Source: a virus (lineage: Duplodnaviria; Caudoviricetes). Taken from it: a stretch of 64,000 nucleotides of DNA. A model generated the notes under the pieces. The model was not told where the DNA came from. It was given only the letters and a program-made list of their open reading frames with translations, and ran no database searches. The stretch covers positions 32,001-96,000 of IMG/VR virus record IMGVR_UViG_3300011008_000071; one strand, 5' to 3'. Positions within the stretch are counted from its first letter, which is position 1. Each line of letters opens with the position of its first letter. Position numbers and translations under genes: made by a program. Shown in pieces: positions 31,601-41,223 of this stretch.

Positions 31601-34600
31601 GAATCGATCTGTATGATATCGTGTTCGAACTGGGTTCATACATTCAGGTATTTGACATCGAATCTTTCATGAGAGGTGTAAACAACCCTGAATTCTTCAA
31701 TGATCTGGATCATGTTGATGATTCATCCCTCATAGGAGCAATCAACACATTCAAGACAGCATGGCCTGCATCGGTACAGAAAGCACGTAATGCACTATAC
31801 GTTTCAACGACATCATTATGGGCATTCTATAATCCGGATAAGTCATACAAACAGTCTGAAGTAGAGCGCATGCTCCAGTTGGTACAGAATGTACGAGATG
31901 ATATGTATGATCTTGAAACGGAAGTATACAAGTGCTGGCCAAAAGAAACGGACTATGAGCCAAACATCGTTTCCAAGATGATATTCGCCAAGGAATCGAT
32001 CGACGCTTTGGTTGATTCCATGGAACACATCGTAAATCTGAGGGTTCGTCTATTCAATGTCTTTGACGACATTCGCTCCAGAATCGTTGAAGTGACGTCA
32101 ATTGGAACCGATCAACAGGAAGATGATTATGCTCTCACCATCGATTCCGCCTTTGATGTGATTACGGAACATCTGTCATACATCGCAGGTGAAAACAGAA
32201 AATCCGATGCTCTCGAGGAGCATCAGAAATGTATTGCATCGATTGAAGGATGGATTACATATGTTACCAGAGCTAAGGATATTTACATGAGACTTGCTTC
32301 CGTTGTAGGAACTCCGAATGTGTTCTTAGATACACTTGCTCCGTATCATGAGTATCTTGATGCATTACTGGCATACATGCGTACGGTTGATAGGGAATTC
32401 ATACCTGATACCCATTCTCCGACATATTCTTCTGTATATCAGATTGACGAGATCCGTCTTACCAATGGCGGCTACAATCACCAAGTTGGTGATGAAGCAT
32501 ACTTCGAGAATCTCGGTGTATATACAATATCTGGTACAGATGGAAACATCAATGTTTGCACAGGTCTAGAAGATCCGAATCTGTATGAGATTGATCTTTC
32601 ATTTGATGCTTACATCGACAATGCCGGGGATCTGATTCTTGAGGTTCCTAATACTCCTGTGTCCGATGCATACATCAATGCATACGGGAATCTGGTGGTA
32701 ATCCTGGATGATGATTCTACCAGCGACATTCAGAATTATCAATTCAGAGTTAACCATGATGGATACCTATACATGACCCAGGTAAACAAGACGGGAATAT
32801 ATCTGAACTCGAGAGAGGAACTCATCATTGAAGTTGATACAGACGTTGATTTCACATTAGTGGTCAATGAGAATGGAGAATTGATTCTAACAATGAATGA
32901 AGACGATGCACTCGATCTTGAGCTGTATCGGTTCTATGTCACATCGGATGATGATCTGATGATCCGTCGTACGGATAACGTATTCTATCGTAATACAACA
33001 TTCAGAGATCCATGCGTACAATCTAACCCATATGATTCCATTACATCTGGAAACGGTGTAGGTATTACAATTGACTCTATTTCATCTACGGAAATCAAAA
33101 TCTTCAATGATTCGGTAATAACATCATACATCGACAGAGCTAAGAATCTGCTGCACATGGCTGAACGTGACATGTATTCTATTAACCCATTCAGCAATAA
33201 TGGTATACACACTCTGATTGAAAAGCTGAATGTTCTTCAGTCTGATTGGAGGAAGTTCCGTTCTGTATACTCTGAGTATATTTCTCCGTCAATTGTATCT
33301 TCAATGGATACAATGATTGAATCATTGACCAGTCTAATTGATCCTCTGAATGTTCTTGTAACTACCAGAGAGAAGAATGATCTGAAGACATTGGTTGGAA
33401 CATTCACCGATTTCCTCGATACTACGAATCTGGTATTCCAAAAGAATAACATGCGTACTCCAAACTACATCTACTTCGTTAATAGAGTAAATGTTAGATA
33501 TGGTGAGTTGGTGGATTATTACGGAAATGGAACCACTTGGAATGGCGCAGATGAACTCAGAGAGATACTGGATGACTGCGAGTATGAACTCAGACTTTTC
33601 AATCGAAAGATGATATCCCTTCTTCCGAATGAGGTTGAACCTCAGGCACTATATGCGTCCGTAATGGCATTGATTGCAAACAGTCTTATCTGTCTAACGA
33701 CAATACCAGAAACATATCAGGCAATCAACTCAGCAATTGTGAATATCAATTACTACATGAACCTGATTCCAGATCCAATCAGAGTTGATGAATGGTATCG
33801 TTTCAACAAGGTGACGATTGCGGAAGAAGGCCGTAACTACCAGCCTGGCGACATCATTGAAATCATTCCTGCTCTTCCTAAAGATGCATATGGGAATGAA
33901 ATTCATGATAACGAGGATGTTATCATGTCGGATAAGATGTTTATCAAAGTTACCAAGGTAACACCATCCGGCGGAGTAATTGAAGCAATTCCGATAATGG
34001 AATATGCAATCCCGTATCAGGCATGGGGAGTAAGAGATACAATAACCAAATCTGGAACAGGTGAATTCCTGAGGATAATGGTATACTCCTATCCAATTAC
34101 TCAGAATGATTCTACACTATTCCTGTCAGATGACTCGTATATTCCTCCTGTAAACCAATTCGATGAGAATGACTTGTTCATGTTCAAGTTTGGAAACATT
34201 CATGATCTTCCGATTGGATATGACATATTCTTCAACGGCAAGCAGGCACAGGACGTAATCATTCGTCATGAGCATGAAAGTAATCAATATCAGGGCAGAG
34301 ATGTCGATGTGATATACTTGAATGCAAATGAGGTAATGAGACTTGCAGATTCATCTGTATTCATGGAGAATGAAAATTACTTCGTATACAAGATTGATCA
34401 GCTGTCAATTACGGATCCTGGTGCAGGATATTACGAGGGACAGGTTATCACCATTGATACAGGTACAGTTGCCATGAAAGTTCAGGTAACTGCATTAACC
34501 GACAATCTTACCAAGGGTATCAAATCGATATCCATGGTTCAAGATTATCAACTCTTTGAAGGAGTTGATCCTACATGTGAAAGTGCTGAAGTTGTTACAG

Positions 34601-37600
34601 ATTCGATGAATAACATTGATGACGAATACAACTCTGGTTACTATGATAACATTCCTGCTGATGGAATTCTTAAGCCGGCAACGGCACCGTACAGAGCGGA
34701 TGAATATCCATTTGTATCCAGACGGTTTGAGGACGTTGTATATGTAGACCGTAACTCGGTATGGATGTATTGTGACGTTCCATTCCCCGAAGGATATGAC
34801 GATGTCGCCAATGGAGATCCCGATGATCACCAGTATCTGGGAATCAGAGAAGATAATTCATATTTGGAGATTTCTTCCGATGTATGGAATGGAATTGTTG
34901 AAGTCATTCCTGTAACTGATCCATTCATTCCTGATGAGGATCGTGTTCCCACAGGACAACCGACAAGAGGTGAATACCAGCACATCGATTCCGTTCGAAT
35001 TCATACGCTCAATACACAGATGATGGATTATATCCCTGAAAGATCCTTAAACAAGATCCTGGACAATGGAATTGTCGAAGAACCTGCTGAGGGAACATTC
35101 CGTACCAGGAATGGTTATGAATACGAAGCCGTTCCTACGGTGCCAAATACTTCCGCGTTCAACAACCCGACAGTTGTGGTTGATAACGAAATCATCAAGG
35201 CAATTGATATCCGTCGAATTGCAGCATTGATACGTGGGCAGGTTTCAAGTGTTCAGAACCCGGGTCCTTACTTCAGAGACTTCACCTTCTCCAATATTCC
35301 CGAGGTCGATAATAATGCATACTATTCAAATACAATCAATGTCGTAGGTGACAGGGTTGTTGAGACATATGCATCACTACCTCAGCATATCAATGAGTGG
35401 ACGGGAGTTGCCGTAGGAAATAGTGTAATCGTGGAGCATGATGAAACGATGGCCAACCACCGCACATCATACAAGGTTCGCACATTCATCATCTCTGGAT
35501 ACATCGTGTATGACAAGCCAATCATTGTTGATTATGAATGGAACTCATTCATTGTTGACTGGAATATGATTGACTACTATCCAGATATCCCAACACTGAT
35601 TCAGCAGTACCCGTCTGATATATGGGATAGCGCAGAGACGTTCTTGGATGTTCAACATGCAATCACTGATGGCAAGATTGACCGTGTTCTTACACCTAAG
35701 GCACATGTCGGTACATACATTGCGGATCTCACGGTAGATGATCTTTCCGTATATAACTTCACCTTGAAGAAATGGGAAGATCTGCACGATGATTCGAAAT
35801 GGTTGCTAACGGTGAATGATATGGGGTTTGAACTGAAGTATCTGTCATCCGAAACGTGTTCGTATAACATGATGCTCTTCCTGAATAAGACAGCAAGAAC
35901 CCAGATGAAGAATGCCCAGCAAAAGAGAAATGCTGTATTCAACATCAGTGCGGAAATATTCAATGATGTGAGCACCCCTGCTAGAAATATCAGAGTTGAC
36001 ACAGGTAACCATCTACGTATCAGGAAGATGTTCCCATATGAGCAGAAGGAAGAGTATATACTGGATGGAGCCAGACATGAATACACCATGGAATTCACTC
36101 TTGCTCCATATCTACATTTCAAGAATGAGATCCAAGTTGGAGACATTCTGATCTACAACATGTCTGCAGGACGCTTTGAAGATGCTCTGGACACATCGAT
36201 GTTTGAAATCCAAATCAAGGATGACAAGGCAACTTCCAGAGGATATGAAACCCAGACGAAGATCGAACAGGTGATACTTGTAGATACAGGCAATGGGTTC
36301 ACGAATGGGGAAGCATGGGCATGGAATGAAGAATATGGAGTTCATGTATTCGGACATATTGAAACCGATTTCGAGAATGACGGCCATATTCTGAAATTCA
36401 TCCCGGATCATACCGTAAATGCTCCTACATCTCATATCGCCCTAGAATTTAAACTGTACCAGTTCTCCACGGTATATGATTCATCTGTAGCAACAGTACT
36501 GATCGAATTCAATACGGAAAGGGTACAGGTAGCAGGAGACGGTTGGTTGCACAATGTAACGAATCCATATGCCCCGATCAAGAAAGCATTCCGAGTAGTT
36601 GTACAGTACGACTACGATGATCTTATCAAGTATCAGATCATCATTAATAAGAAGCCGGATGTATGGGGATTCATTCGTGATACTTCCGAAGTATTTCCAA
36701 CCTTCTCCATTCCGAATTCTCATATCAGATACAACTGTATCTATCTGACAACAGAGATGGGACGCCTCCCTCTGATCAATCCATCTACGGGCAAACCTTC
36801 AATCAATGTAACATATACAGATACGACTACGGAAGTGAAGTTCCTCAATATCTATCACAAATATGAAAAGATTAAGGTTCATTCCACGCCATACCCAATG
36901 AGGTCTGTATATGTACAGAGACGTATTCCAGAATCAGGTTTCATAGACCTGAAGGGAAGGATTAACAAGCCTCTCAACAAGAAGTATTTCGAGTTCTGGA
37001 TGAACGGTCGTCTTCTGAATGATGAAGTAACAATCATCAGTCCGACGAAGATATTTTTACATGGACTGAAGTCTTTACGTAATTTCGAAATCATCGAAAT
37101 TAACAGAGATCCCAACGAATACTTCTCCGATACATTCTTAGGCATGGAAACGGAATCCGGAATTCCTCATCCTGTATGGAACTATGACACGTATCTGGAT
37201 GATGCCCTTGAAGGCAATCTTGATTACGACAACTACACTATGAAAGAACAGGCTGCATTGCTATCACCAGTATGGCCACAAGTTAATATCGATGATCCTG
37301 AGTATTCATCGTATCCGGCAAACATGGATACTGAAGATGATATTCTCATGAGAATTGATTCCAATACAGATGCATCAGATATACTTGATATGCCATCATT
37401 CCAATTCTCTATCATAGACGTTCCGACAATCGAGGGTGTTCCTGTATACAGCAGAGATATTACATTTGAGCACTTTGGTTTCAAACCCATAACAGATCAG
37501 ATGATAATTGACATGCTGAATGAAGAATGGAAGGATGAGATTGCTCAAGGATTGATTCCAACTCATACTATCATATCCGATGATGATTGGTACGGCATTG

Positions 37601-37749
37601 CGTCACAACTGTATGACGAAGAAGGGAATCTGGTTCATACATTGGATGAAGCAGCATATCATGTTTCGAACAACCAGCTTCTGTCCATCAACACTTCAAC
37701 CAAGATATCTCGGATAACACAAACTTCTGTCAACTATGACCTAAGTTAA
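28672..37749 (+). CDS. Giant putative virion structural protein (baseplate/tail-associated)
   Basis: 3025 aa; repeated IxxxGxxYxxGD and (F/Y)IxxxGxLxx motifs; near the fibre gene. Confidence 0.7.
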   Translation: MRNNMYEGRWSPFDPIWYQQAFDKFISTADELFNQDEIIAAGYELPESDGSKSSVFHHDAVTNNSFDEIQLRETLKDIYLNSHNRLMAANHDNVHFFQYQCTMKDVKLIPNTRFCELTIPTESLITSRDKYKFQQFYRKWIPITDLLNSWDVFKFSVLLFINQKIYSEYELRMDDQETVIRFKYYDHWIDNDYTIYIYKFDTNAQCRVKVSKELILNQWNWKMPISYLPDKRILNSNKLICAFNKISDMNIRTDGITKAEVMGDNLEFLTIEDGYIDLSKCSEFNKHLMVTDNQQWIWMTIICPKFMHEFPILNPTDVIYRPYVPRYKQIKVKDNGIWKNVRTDVNSERKNVYINMYDPPANLSFYINEDDELVIEYNGNDDLEVGTDIFIDENGYVILNSNASGVDIELSKYYFKEDGNGELNVYYSWNDGWNYIIRPIVLSDAYDVQDMDVYDLINADMEQLRQLTIEAADMVETFRSFITYEYTSDDDFFTKFNALIAKFDEIHTYLNEYMTKKRMSYITEYEAVWEEFHEIAEEIISTPGTVVTRNNPEDELKTVNAYYAITRFHRQHSKYKDFWAFISPLIYIPREFADRYEISIITSRIGNVTLWEDPKKATTKLRFKRPVDTSDFWTFEYDQDDQVWRPYMLNIDHRFPDVYLLTDPNEETPTPNRVFKSFIFYSDTMNVREPSSDIVRASASWDDDMNEFEYDKAGSYRNIFMEKFYWMAVKTIYRGIMMTNYRWECIEYIQDNASYERFNALFLNTMEPYIKMGESTYLKSDDYGFLVDNRISKMNEYLKASFLGYNQTTGFEMYLNKTWKPSYYDFIVNVDDNFQGDMRLVRRPRSTFDTRRVIKTLQETQFYISGAIKVLNKNIEEIISDIKYSGLNFQIELLEELFDLTSKLQSNMDKCIEFVNNLDLDIYSIEDVNTIIRYIERHYELIEIIKDKFSGIKDLLGDPSLFDAKLTILEAISAVIRIDLYDIVFELGSYIQVFDIESFMRGVNNPEFFNDLDHVDDSSLIGAINTFKTAWPASVQKARNALYVSTTSLWAFYNPDKSYKQSEVERMLQLVQNVRDDMYDLETEVYKCWPKETDYEPNIVSKMIFAKESIDALVDSMEHIVNLRVRLFNVFDDIRSRIVEVTSIGTDQQEDDYALTIDSAFDVITEHLSYIAGENRKSDALEEHQKCIASIEGWITYVTRAKDIYMRLASVVGTPNVFLDTLAPYHEYLDALLAYMRTVDREFIPDTHSPTYSSVYQIDEIRLTNGGYNHQVGDEAYFENLGVYTISGTDGNINVCTGLEDPNLYEIDLSFDAYIDNAGDLILEVPNTPVSDAYINAYGNLVVILDDDSTSDIQNYQFRVNHDGYLYMTQVNKTGIYLNSREELIIEVDTDVDFTLVVNENGELILTMNEDDALDLELYRFYVTSDDDLMIRRTDNVFYRNTTFRDPCVQSNPYDSITSGNGVGITIDSISSTEIKIFNDSVITSYIDRAKNLLHMAERDMYSINPFSNNGIHTLIEKLNVLQSDWRKFRSVYSEYISPSIVSSMDTMIESLTSLIDPLNVLVTTREKNDLKTLVGTFTDFLDTTNLVFQKNNMRTPNYIYFVNRVNVRYGELVDYYGNGTTWNGADELREILDDCEYELRLFNRKMISLLPNEVEPQALYASVMALIANSLICLTTIPETYQAINSAIVNINYYMNLIPDPIRVDEWYRFNKVTIAEEGRNYQPGDIIEIIPALPKDAYGNEIHDNEDVIMSDKMFIKVTKVTPSGGVIEAIPIMEYAIPYQAWGVRDTITKSGTGEFLRIMVYSYPITQNDSTLFLSDDSYIPPVNQFDENDLFMFKFGNIHDLPIGYDIFFNGKQAQDVIIRHEHESNQYQGRDVDVIYLNANEVMRLADSSVFMENENYFVYKIDQLSITDPGAGYYEGQVITIDTGTVAMKVQVTALTDNLTKGIKSISMVQDYQLFEGVDPTCESAEVVTDSMNNIDDEYNSGYYDNIPADGILKPATAPYRADEYPFVSRRFEDVVYVDRNSVWMYCDVPFPEGYDDVANGDPDDHQYLGIREDNSYLEISSDVWNGIVEVIPVTDPFIPDEDRVPTGQPTRGEYQHIDSVRIHTLNTQMMDYIPERSLNKILDNGIVEEPAEGTFRTRNGYEYEAVPTVPNTSAFNNPTVVVDNEIIKAIDIRRIAALIRGQVSSVQNPGPYFRDFTFSNIPEVDNNAYYSNTINVVGDRVVETYASLPQHINEWTGVAVGNSVIVEHDETMANHRTSYKVRTFIISGYIVYDKPIIVDYEWNSFIVDWNMIDYYPDIPTLIQQYPSDIWDSAETFLDVQHAITDGKIDRVLTPKAHVGTYIADLTVDDLSVYNFTLKKWEDLHDDSKWLLTVNDMGFELKYLSSETCSYNMMLFLNKTARTQMKNAQQKRNAVFNISAEIFNDVSTPARNIRVDTGNHLRIRKMFPYEQKEEYILDGARHEYTMEFTLAPYLHFKNEIQVGDILIYNMSAGRFEDALDTSMFEIQIKDDKATSRGYETQTKIEQVILVDTGNGFTNGEAWAWNEEYGVHVFGHIETDFENDGHILKFIPDHTVNAPTSHIALEFKLYQFSTVYDSSVATVLIEFNTERVQVAGDGWLHNVTNPYAPIKKAFRVVVQYDYDDLIKYQIIINKKPDVWGFIRDTSEVFPTFSIPNSHIRYNCIYLTTEMGRLPLINPSTGKPSINVTYTDTTTEVKFLNIYHKYEKIKVHSTPYPMRSVYVQRRIPESGFIDLKGRINKPLNKKYFEFWMNGRLLNDEVTIISPTKIFLHGLKSLRNFEIIEINRDPNEYFSDTFLGMETESGIPHPVWNYDTYLDDALEGNLDYDNYTMKEQAALLSPVWPQVNIDDPEYSSYPANMDTEDDILMRIDSNTDASDILDMPSFQFSIIDVPTIEGVPVYSRDITFEHFGFKPITDQMIIDMLNEEWKDEIAQGLIPTHTIISDDDWYGIASQLYDEEGNLVHTLDEAAYHVSNNQLLSINTSTKISRITQTSVNYDLS

Positions 37750-37757
37750 ACAAAAGA

Positions 37758-37786
37758 AATGCACCCCGGCTCGACCGGGGTGCATT
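37758..37786. terminator. Bidirectional terminator
   Basis: AATGCACCCCGG-CTCGA-CCGGGGTGCATT between convergent genes, with flanking T/A runs. Confidence 0.7.
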
Positions 37787-37789
37787 GTT

Positions 37790-38752
37790 TTACTTCTTTT
37801 TGGTGGTCCTGGAAGCAGGCTTCTTTGTCGCGGGTTTAGGTTCTGCCGTAATGGTAGGAACAGCCGCACGCTTCTTCTTGTCTTCGAGGTAATCCTCATA
37901 CATTTCATTGAACCTGCCAACGATGTCACAGATCATCTTCTGGGTTGCAGCGAGGGTATTCTCGTTATCCTGGATCTTGCCGTAGATGTCTTTGAGTACT
38001 TGAGACATGTTGTTGATGAGCTGGTCCTGTGTGCTGGAGTATCTCTGCCCTGCCAGAATATTGTTGATGCTGGTAATGTGATCCTCGATACTCTTCAGAC
38101 ACTTATCGGTTTCCTCACTGAGCCATGCCGGGCTAACTTCCTCGATGGTGTTCTTGATCTCATCAAACCGTTCCTCGAGATTTTCGATCGCGAACGTGAG
38201 AGATTCGATGTGCTTCTTCTTGGTCTGAAGCACGATGTTCGTTCTGCGTACGCGCTTGATCTCTTCGAGGATTTCCGATATGCCAGCATCCATATCCGCA
38301 AGTTTATCATCGAAGTGCTCGTAGATATCTCCCAGCATCTCTTCGTATGTGCCGGGCCATTCACCGTCGCTTTCCGTAGCAGGGCATACATCAGGCTCAC
38401 ACTCATCACAGCATTCGGCTGCAAGATCTTCTGTCTCACGATACGTACTTCCTTTGGGTTCCATTTTTGTATCCTCCTCTAATTCCGTATTATCCATGGA
38501 GCACATCTCGAAATCGAGTTCCTTGGAATGTTTGTCCATGGCACCAACCATTCCTGCCAGCTGATCCTTCAACTTGTTTGTTTCCGAGATAAGCTTTTCT
38601 TTTGTCTCTTTCTTCCCGGTGAGTTGAATAGCTCCTTGGCAGACTTCGCCGTCCGGCATGAAAGTGATGTCGATATGAACATGTTCACATCCATTGAACC
38701 GTCCATCTTCCTTGATTGCCTTTGTAATTTTGGCTATGAATTCGTCCCTCAT
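37790..38752 (-). CDS. Hypothetical coiled-coil protein
   Basis: 320-aa ORF, AGGAGG RBS, upstream ATATATTAT. Confidence 0.75.
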   Translation of the reverse strand: MRDEFIAKITKAIKEDGRFNGCEHVHIDITFMPDGEVCQGAIQLTGKKETKEKLISETNKLKDQLAGMVGAMDKHSKELDFEMCSMDNTELEEDTKMEPKGSTYRETEDLAAECCDECEPDVCPATESDGEWPGTYEEMLGDIYEHFDDKLADMDAGISEILEEIKRVRRTNIVLQTKKKHIESLTFAIENLEERFDEIKNTIEEVSPAWLSEETDKCLKSIEDHITSINNILAGQRYSSTQDQLINNMSQVLKDIYGKIQDNENTLAATQKMICDIVGRFNEMYEDYLEDKKKRAAVPTITAEPKPATKKPASRTTKKK

Positions 38753-38915
38753 TACAAGCTACCTCCTTAAGTATTTTTTTCGTATGATAATGGTTACCAT
38801 ATCTACGTTAATAATATATATTCAAGATTACCGTATATCTGATACGAATATGAATATATTATCTTAATAAGATATCGCTCCCGATATCGAAATTACACAT
38901 TGGAGGAAATCACAA

Positions 38916-39533
38916 ATGAATTACACAAACAGACCATTGGACATACCTACAGCGGTGGAGTATGTAAGTAACATGTTACTGATCCAAAAAGGATTCTTTA
39001 TCATGACAGACATGGGCAGAATTGCAATTGAGGGCGTAATGGAAACTGATCCTGTCCACCCCATCTCCCTGAGGAATTGGAAATCCAATGACCTCACATC
39101 CAACTGGAAATCATCTCAGCATAATGAGATCGCGGACTACTATGTCCAGATTGGAATTCATCCTAATGCGTCTATGGACTATATCCGTCTATTATCCATT
39201 GCGGCATTAATGCATGTAAAGATGTACAATGCGGTGCATTACCATGTTACATATGCATACATCGACGCAGCCGTACTTAGCTATATTACTGAAACGGAAA
39301 GAGACCCGGAGTTGTACATCAGCAATATGCAGAAGGAGTTCATGAATCTTCATTACATGCTCAGACCCAACAAACTCGGAATTGAACTGGCACATTACAT
39401 GATGAAAGAAAGAATAACCAAAGCAGTCCAGTTAACAGACAAAGTCGAAAAGCAGTTCTATGCAAAATCAGGAGATAGCTATTTCAACTTCCTTACATTA
39501 GCACTTATCTATGATCTTCGGATGGCGAGTTGA
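38916..39533 (+). CDS. Hypothetical protein
   Basis: 205-aa ORF, GGAGG RBS, upstream ATATATTAT. Confidence 0.75.
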   Translation: MNYTNRPLDIPTAVEYVSNMLLIQKGFFIMTDMGRIAIEGVMETDPVHPISLRNWKSNDLTSNWKSSQHNEIADYYVQIGIHPNASMDYIRLLSIAALMHVKMYNAVHYHVTYAYIDAAVLSYITETERDPELYISNMQKEFMNLHYMLRPNKLGIELAHYMMKERITKAVQLTDKVEKQFYAKSGDSYFNFLTLALIYDLRMAS

Positions 39534-39546
39534 TCCTAAAGACAAC

Positions 39547-39579
39547 AAAAGAAAGGGTGGGATTCCCACCCTTTCTTTT
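39547..39579. terminator. Bidirectional Rho-independent terminator
   Basis: AAAAGAAAGGGTGGGATTCCCACCCTTTCTTTT. Confidence 0.75.
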
Positions 39580-39629
39580 CCAAGTCTCTTGATTCTCCCT
39601 TCCGCGGTCGGTTTCAGGGAGAGGCGGGC

Positions 39630-39703
39630 GCCAATAATCCAGTAGGAATAAGACACAGTACTATTCAGGAGGCACGAGAAAGCACCAGATCGAGCACCGT
39701 CAT
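39630..39703 (-). repeat. 74-bp dispersed repeat, copy 1 (DGR variable-region-like)
   Basis: Exact reverse complement of 60264-60337; minus strand reads DGARSGAFSCLLNSTVSYSYWIIG and continues ARLSLKPTA. Confidence 0.85.
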
Positions 39704-39720
39704 CTCCCCTATGAATTTTA

Positions 39721-41154
39721 TCACATATTGAATTGATGAATTTCTTTTACCAGAGTTTCGATCTTCTTCATACGTGAGCGATGCCACCATGTATTCGGAG
39801 GAACTGCGCGGTCGATTATATCCCAATAGTAAGTGTCCTTATCCGGAGCATATTCGCGCAGACGGCCAATCATTTGTTCCGTTACAACTTTGGACGCAAT
39901 GGGTTCCGCACATATCACTGTACGTAGGCCTTTAATATCCTTACCTGTACCACAGGACTTGATCGTTGACACAATGATATCCTTCTTAATAAGACCTTCT
40001 TCTTTTTCCTCCTTATCCATTTTAGAATGATAAGGTGTCACCGACTTTTCTGGGAAGTCGGTCTTTAATCTTCGTACTACTTCATCCACACCTTCAATGA
40101 TTGGTAAGAATATTATAGTCTTTCCTTCCACATCTTTCGTCTTCTTAAGGATTGAAAGAATCGTTTGATATAGCGTATCTGACTTATCCTGAAACAAAGC
40201 ATATCGTCCATACTTCACGCTGGAGAATCCTGGATAACTCATAAGCTGCGCTCGGGCATGTGCAGTGATCTTGGAATATACATTGACGGCGTGATAAACC
40301 ACATGTTTCCGTTTAACTTTCTTGGATTCTTCTTCACCATATGGAATTACAGACTGAAATGCTCGTTTGAAACATTTGGATTCTGATTTATCCGAACGAT
40401 CGAACGTTGCCGTAAGATACCATGTTCTATCCGTATTGGAGAAGAAGTCTATTAATAGAATATTGGCAAAGTCCATATGACTCTCATCATATACTTTTAC
40501 TCCGATATTCAACTTCTTGAAGAATTGATGAAACACATATCCGTTCGTCTGATTGAGGAATGAATGAAGTGTTTGGTGATTCACGAAGTATGCTTCTGCC
40601 GGTTTAAGCTGGTCATTCAATATGGCCTGAATAATCCCCGAGCCTGAAATGTTGCACAGCTCGGATTCTCTGAAGCCAAACATCTTCTGATACGTATTCA
40701 TCCACTGTATCTTCAGACCATCTGTCGGAGTTATGATTAATGCTCTTAAATGTAATTTTACACACGTATAAATAACACAGAAAGTTTTACCCCATCCAGT
40801 GGAGATGTTTAGCGAGAGTTGCTGGTATCGTTGTTGAGTGTCCTCCAAAAACTTTATACTCTCTTCCTGAATTTCATTACGAGGTTCATATAATGGAGAA
40901 TGGTAATTATCCATCTCTTCAGATGGATCGGAATCATTAATGAACTTCGCTTTTACACCCAGGAGATCTTCCAACCTGGATATGGAAGTTCCTCTTGGGA
41001 TATACAACTTGCCATTGTCGATAAGATAACCACATGGGAAATCATTCCCACTGAACTTATCCTGGGCAGTATACATATTCTCAATTACGGGAAGATCTCC
41101 TTTGGAATATGGATATATTTCAATATGTGTATTATAAATATCAAGATTAGTCAT
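39721..41154 (-). CDS. uvsW: UvsW-like superfamily II DNA helicase
   Basis: STGWGKT (motif I), YDESH (II), LTAT (III), QMIGRLR (VI). Confidence 0.85.
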   Translation of the reverse strand: MTNLDIYNTHIEIYPYSKGDLPVIENMYTAQDKFSGNDFPCGYLIDNGKLYIPRGTSISRLEDLLGVKAKFINDSDPSEEMDNYHSPLYEPRNEIQEESIKFLEDTQQRYQQLSLNISTGWGKTFCVIYTCVKLHLRALIITPTDGLKIQWMNTYQKMFGFRESELCNISGSGIIQAILNDQLKPAEAYFVNHQTLHSFLNQTNGYVFHQFFKKLNIGVKVYDESHMDFANILLIDFFSNTDRTWYLTATFDRSDKSESKCFKRAFQSVIPYGEEESKKVKRKHVVYHAVNVYSKITAHARAQLMSYPGFSSVKYGRYALFQDKSDTLYQTILSILKKTKDVEGKTIIFLPIIEGVDEVVRRLKTDFPEKSVTPYHSKMDKEEKEEGLIKKDIIVSTIKSCGTGKDIKGLRTVICAEPIASKVVTEQMIGRLREYAPDKDTYYWDIIDRAVPPNTWWHRSRMKKIETLVKEIHQFNM

Positions 41155-41223
41155 CGTTTCTCCTCCTATTGAAATTATATATTCTCAACTTGTAATGAAA
41201 ATATATCATTAATAATTTGAAAG

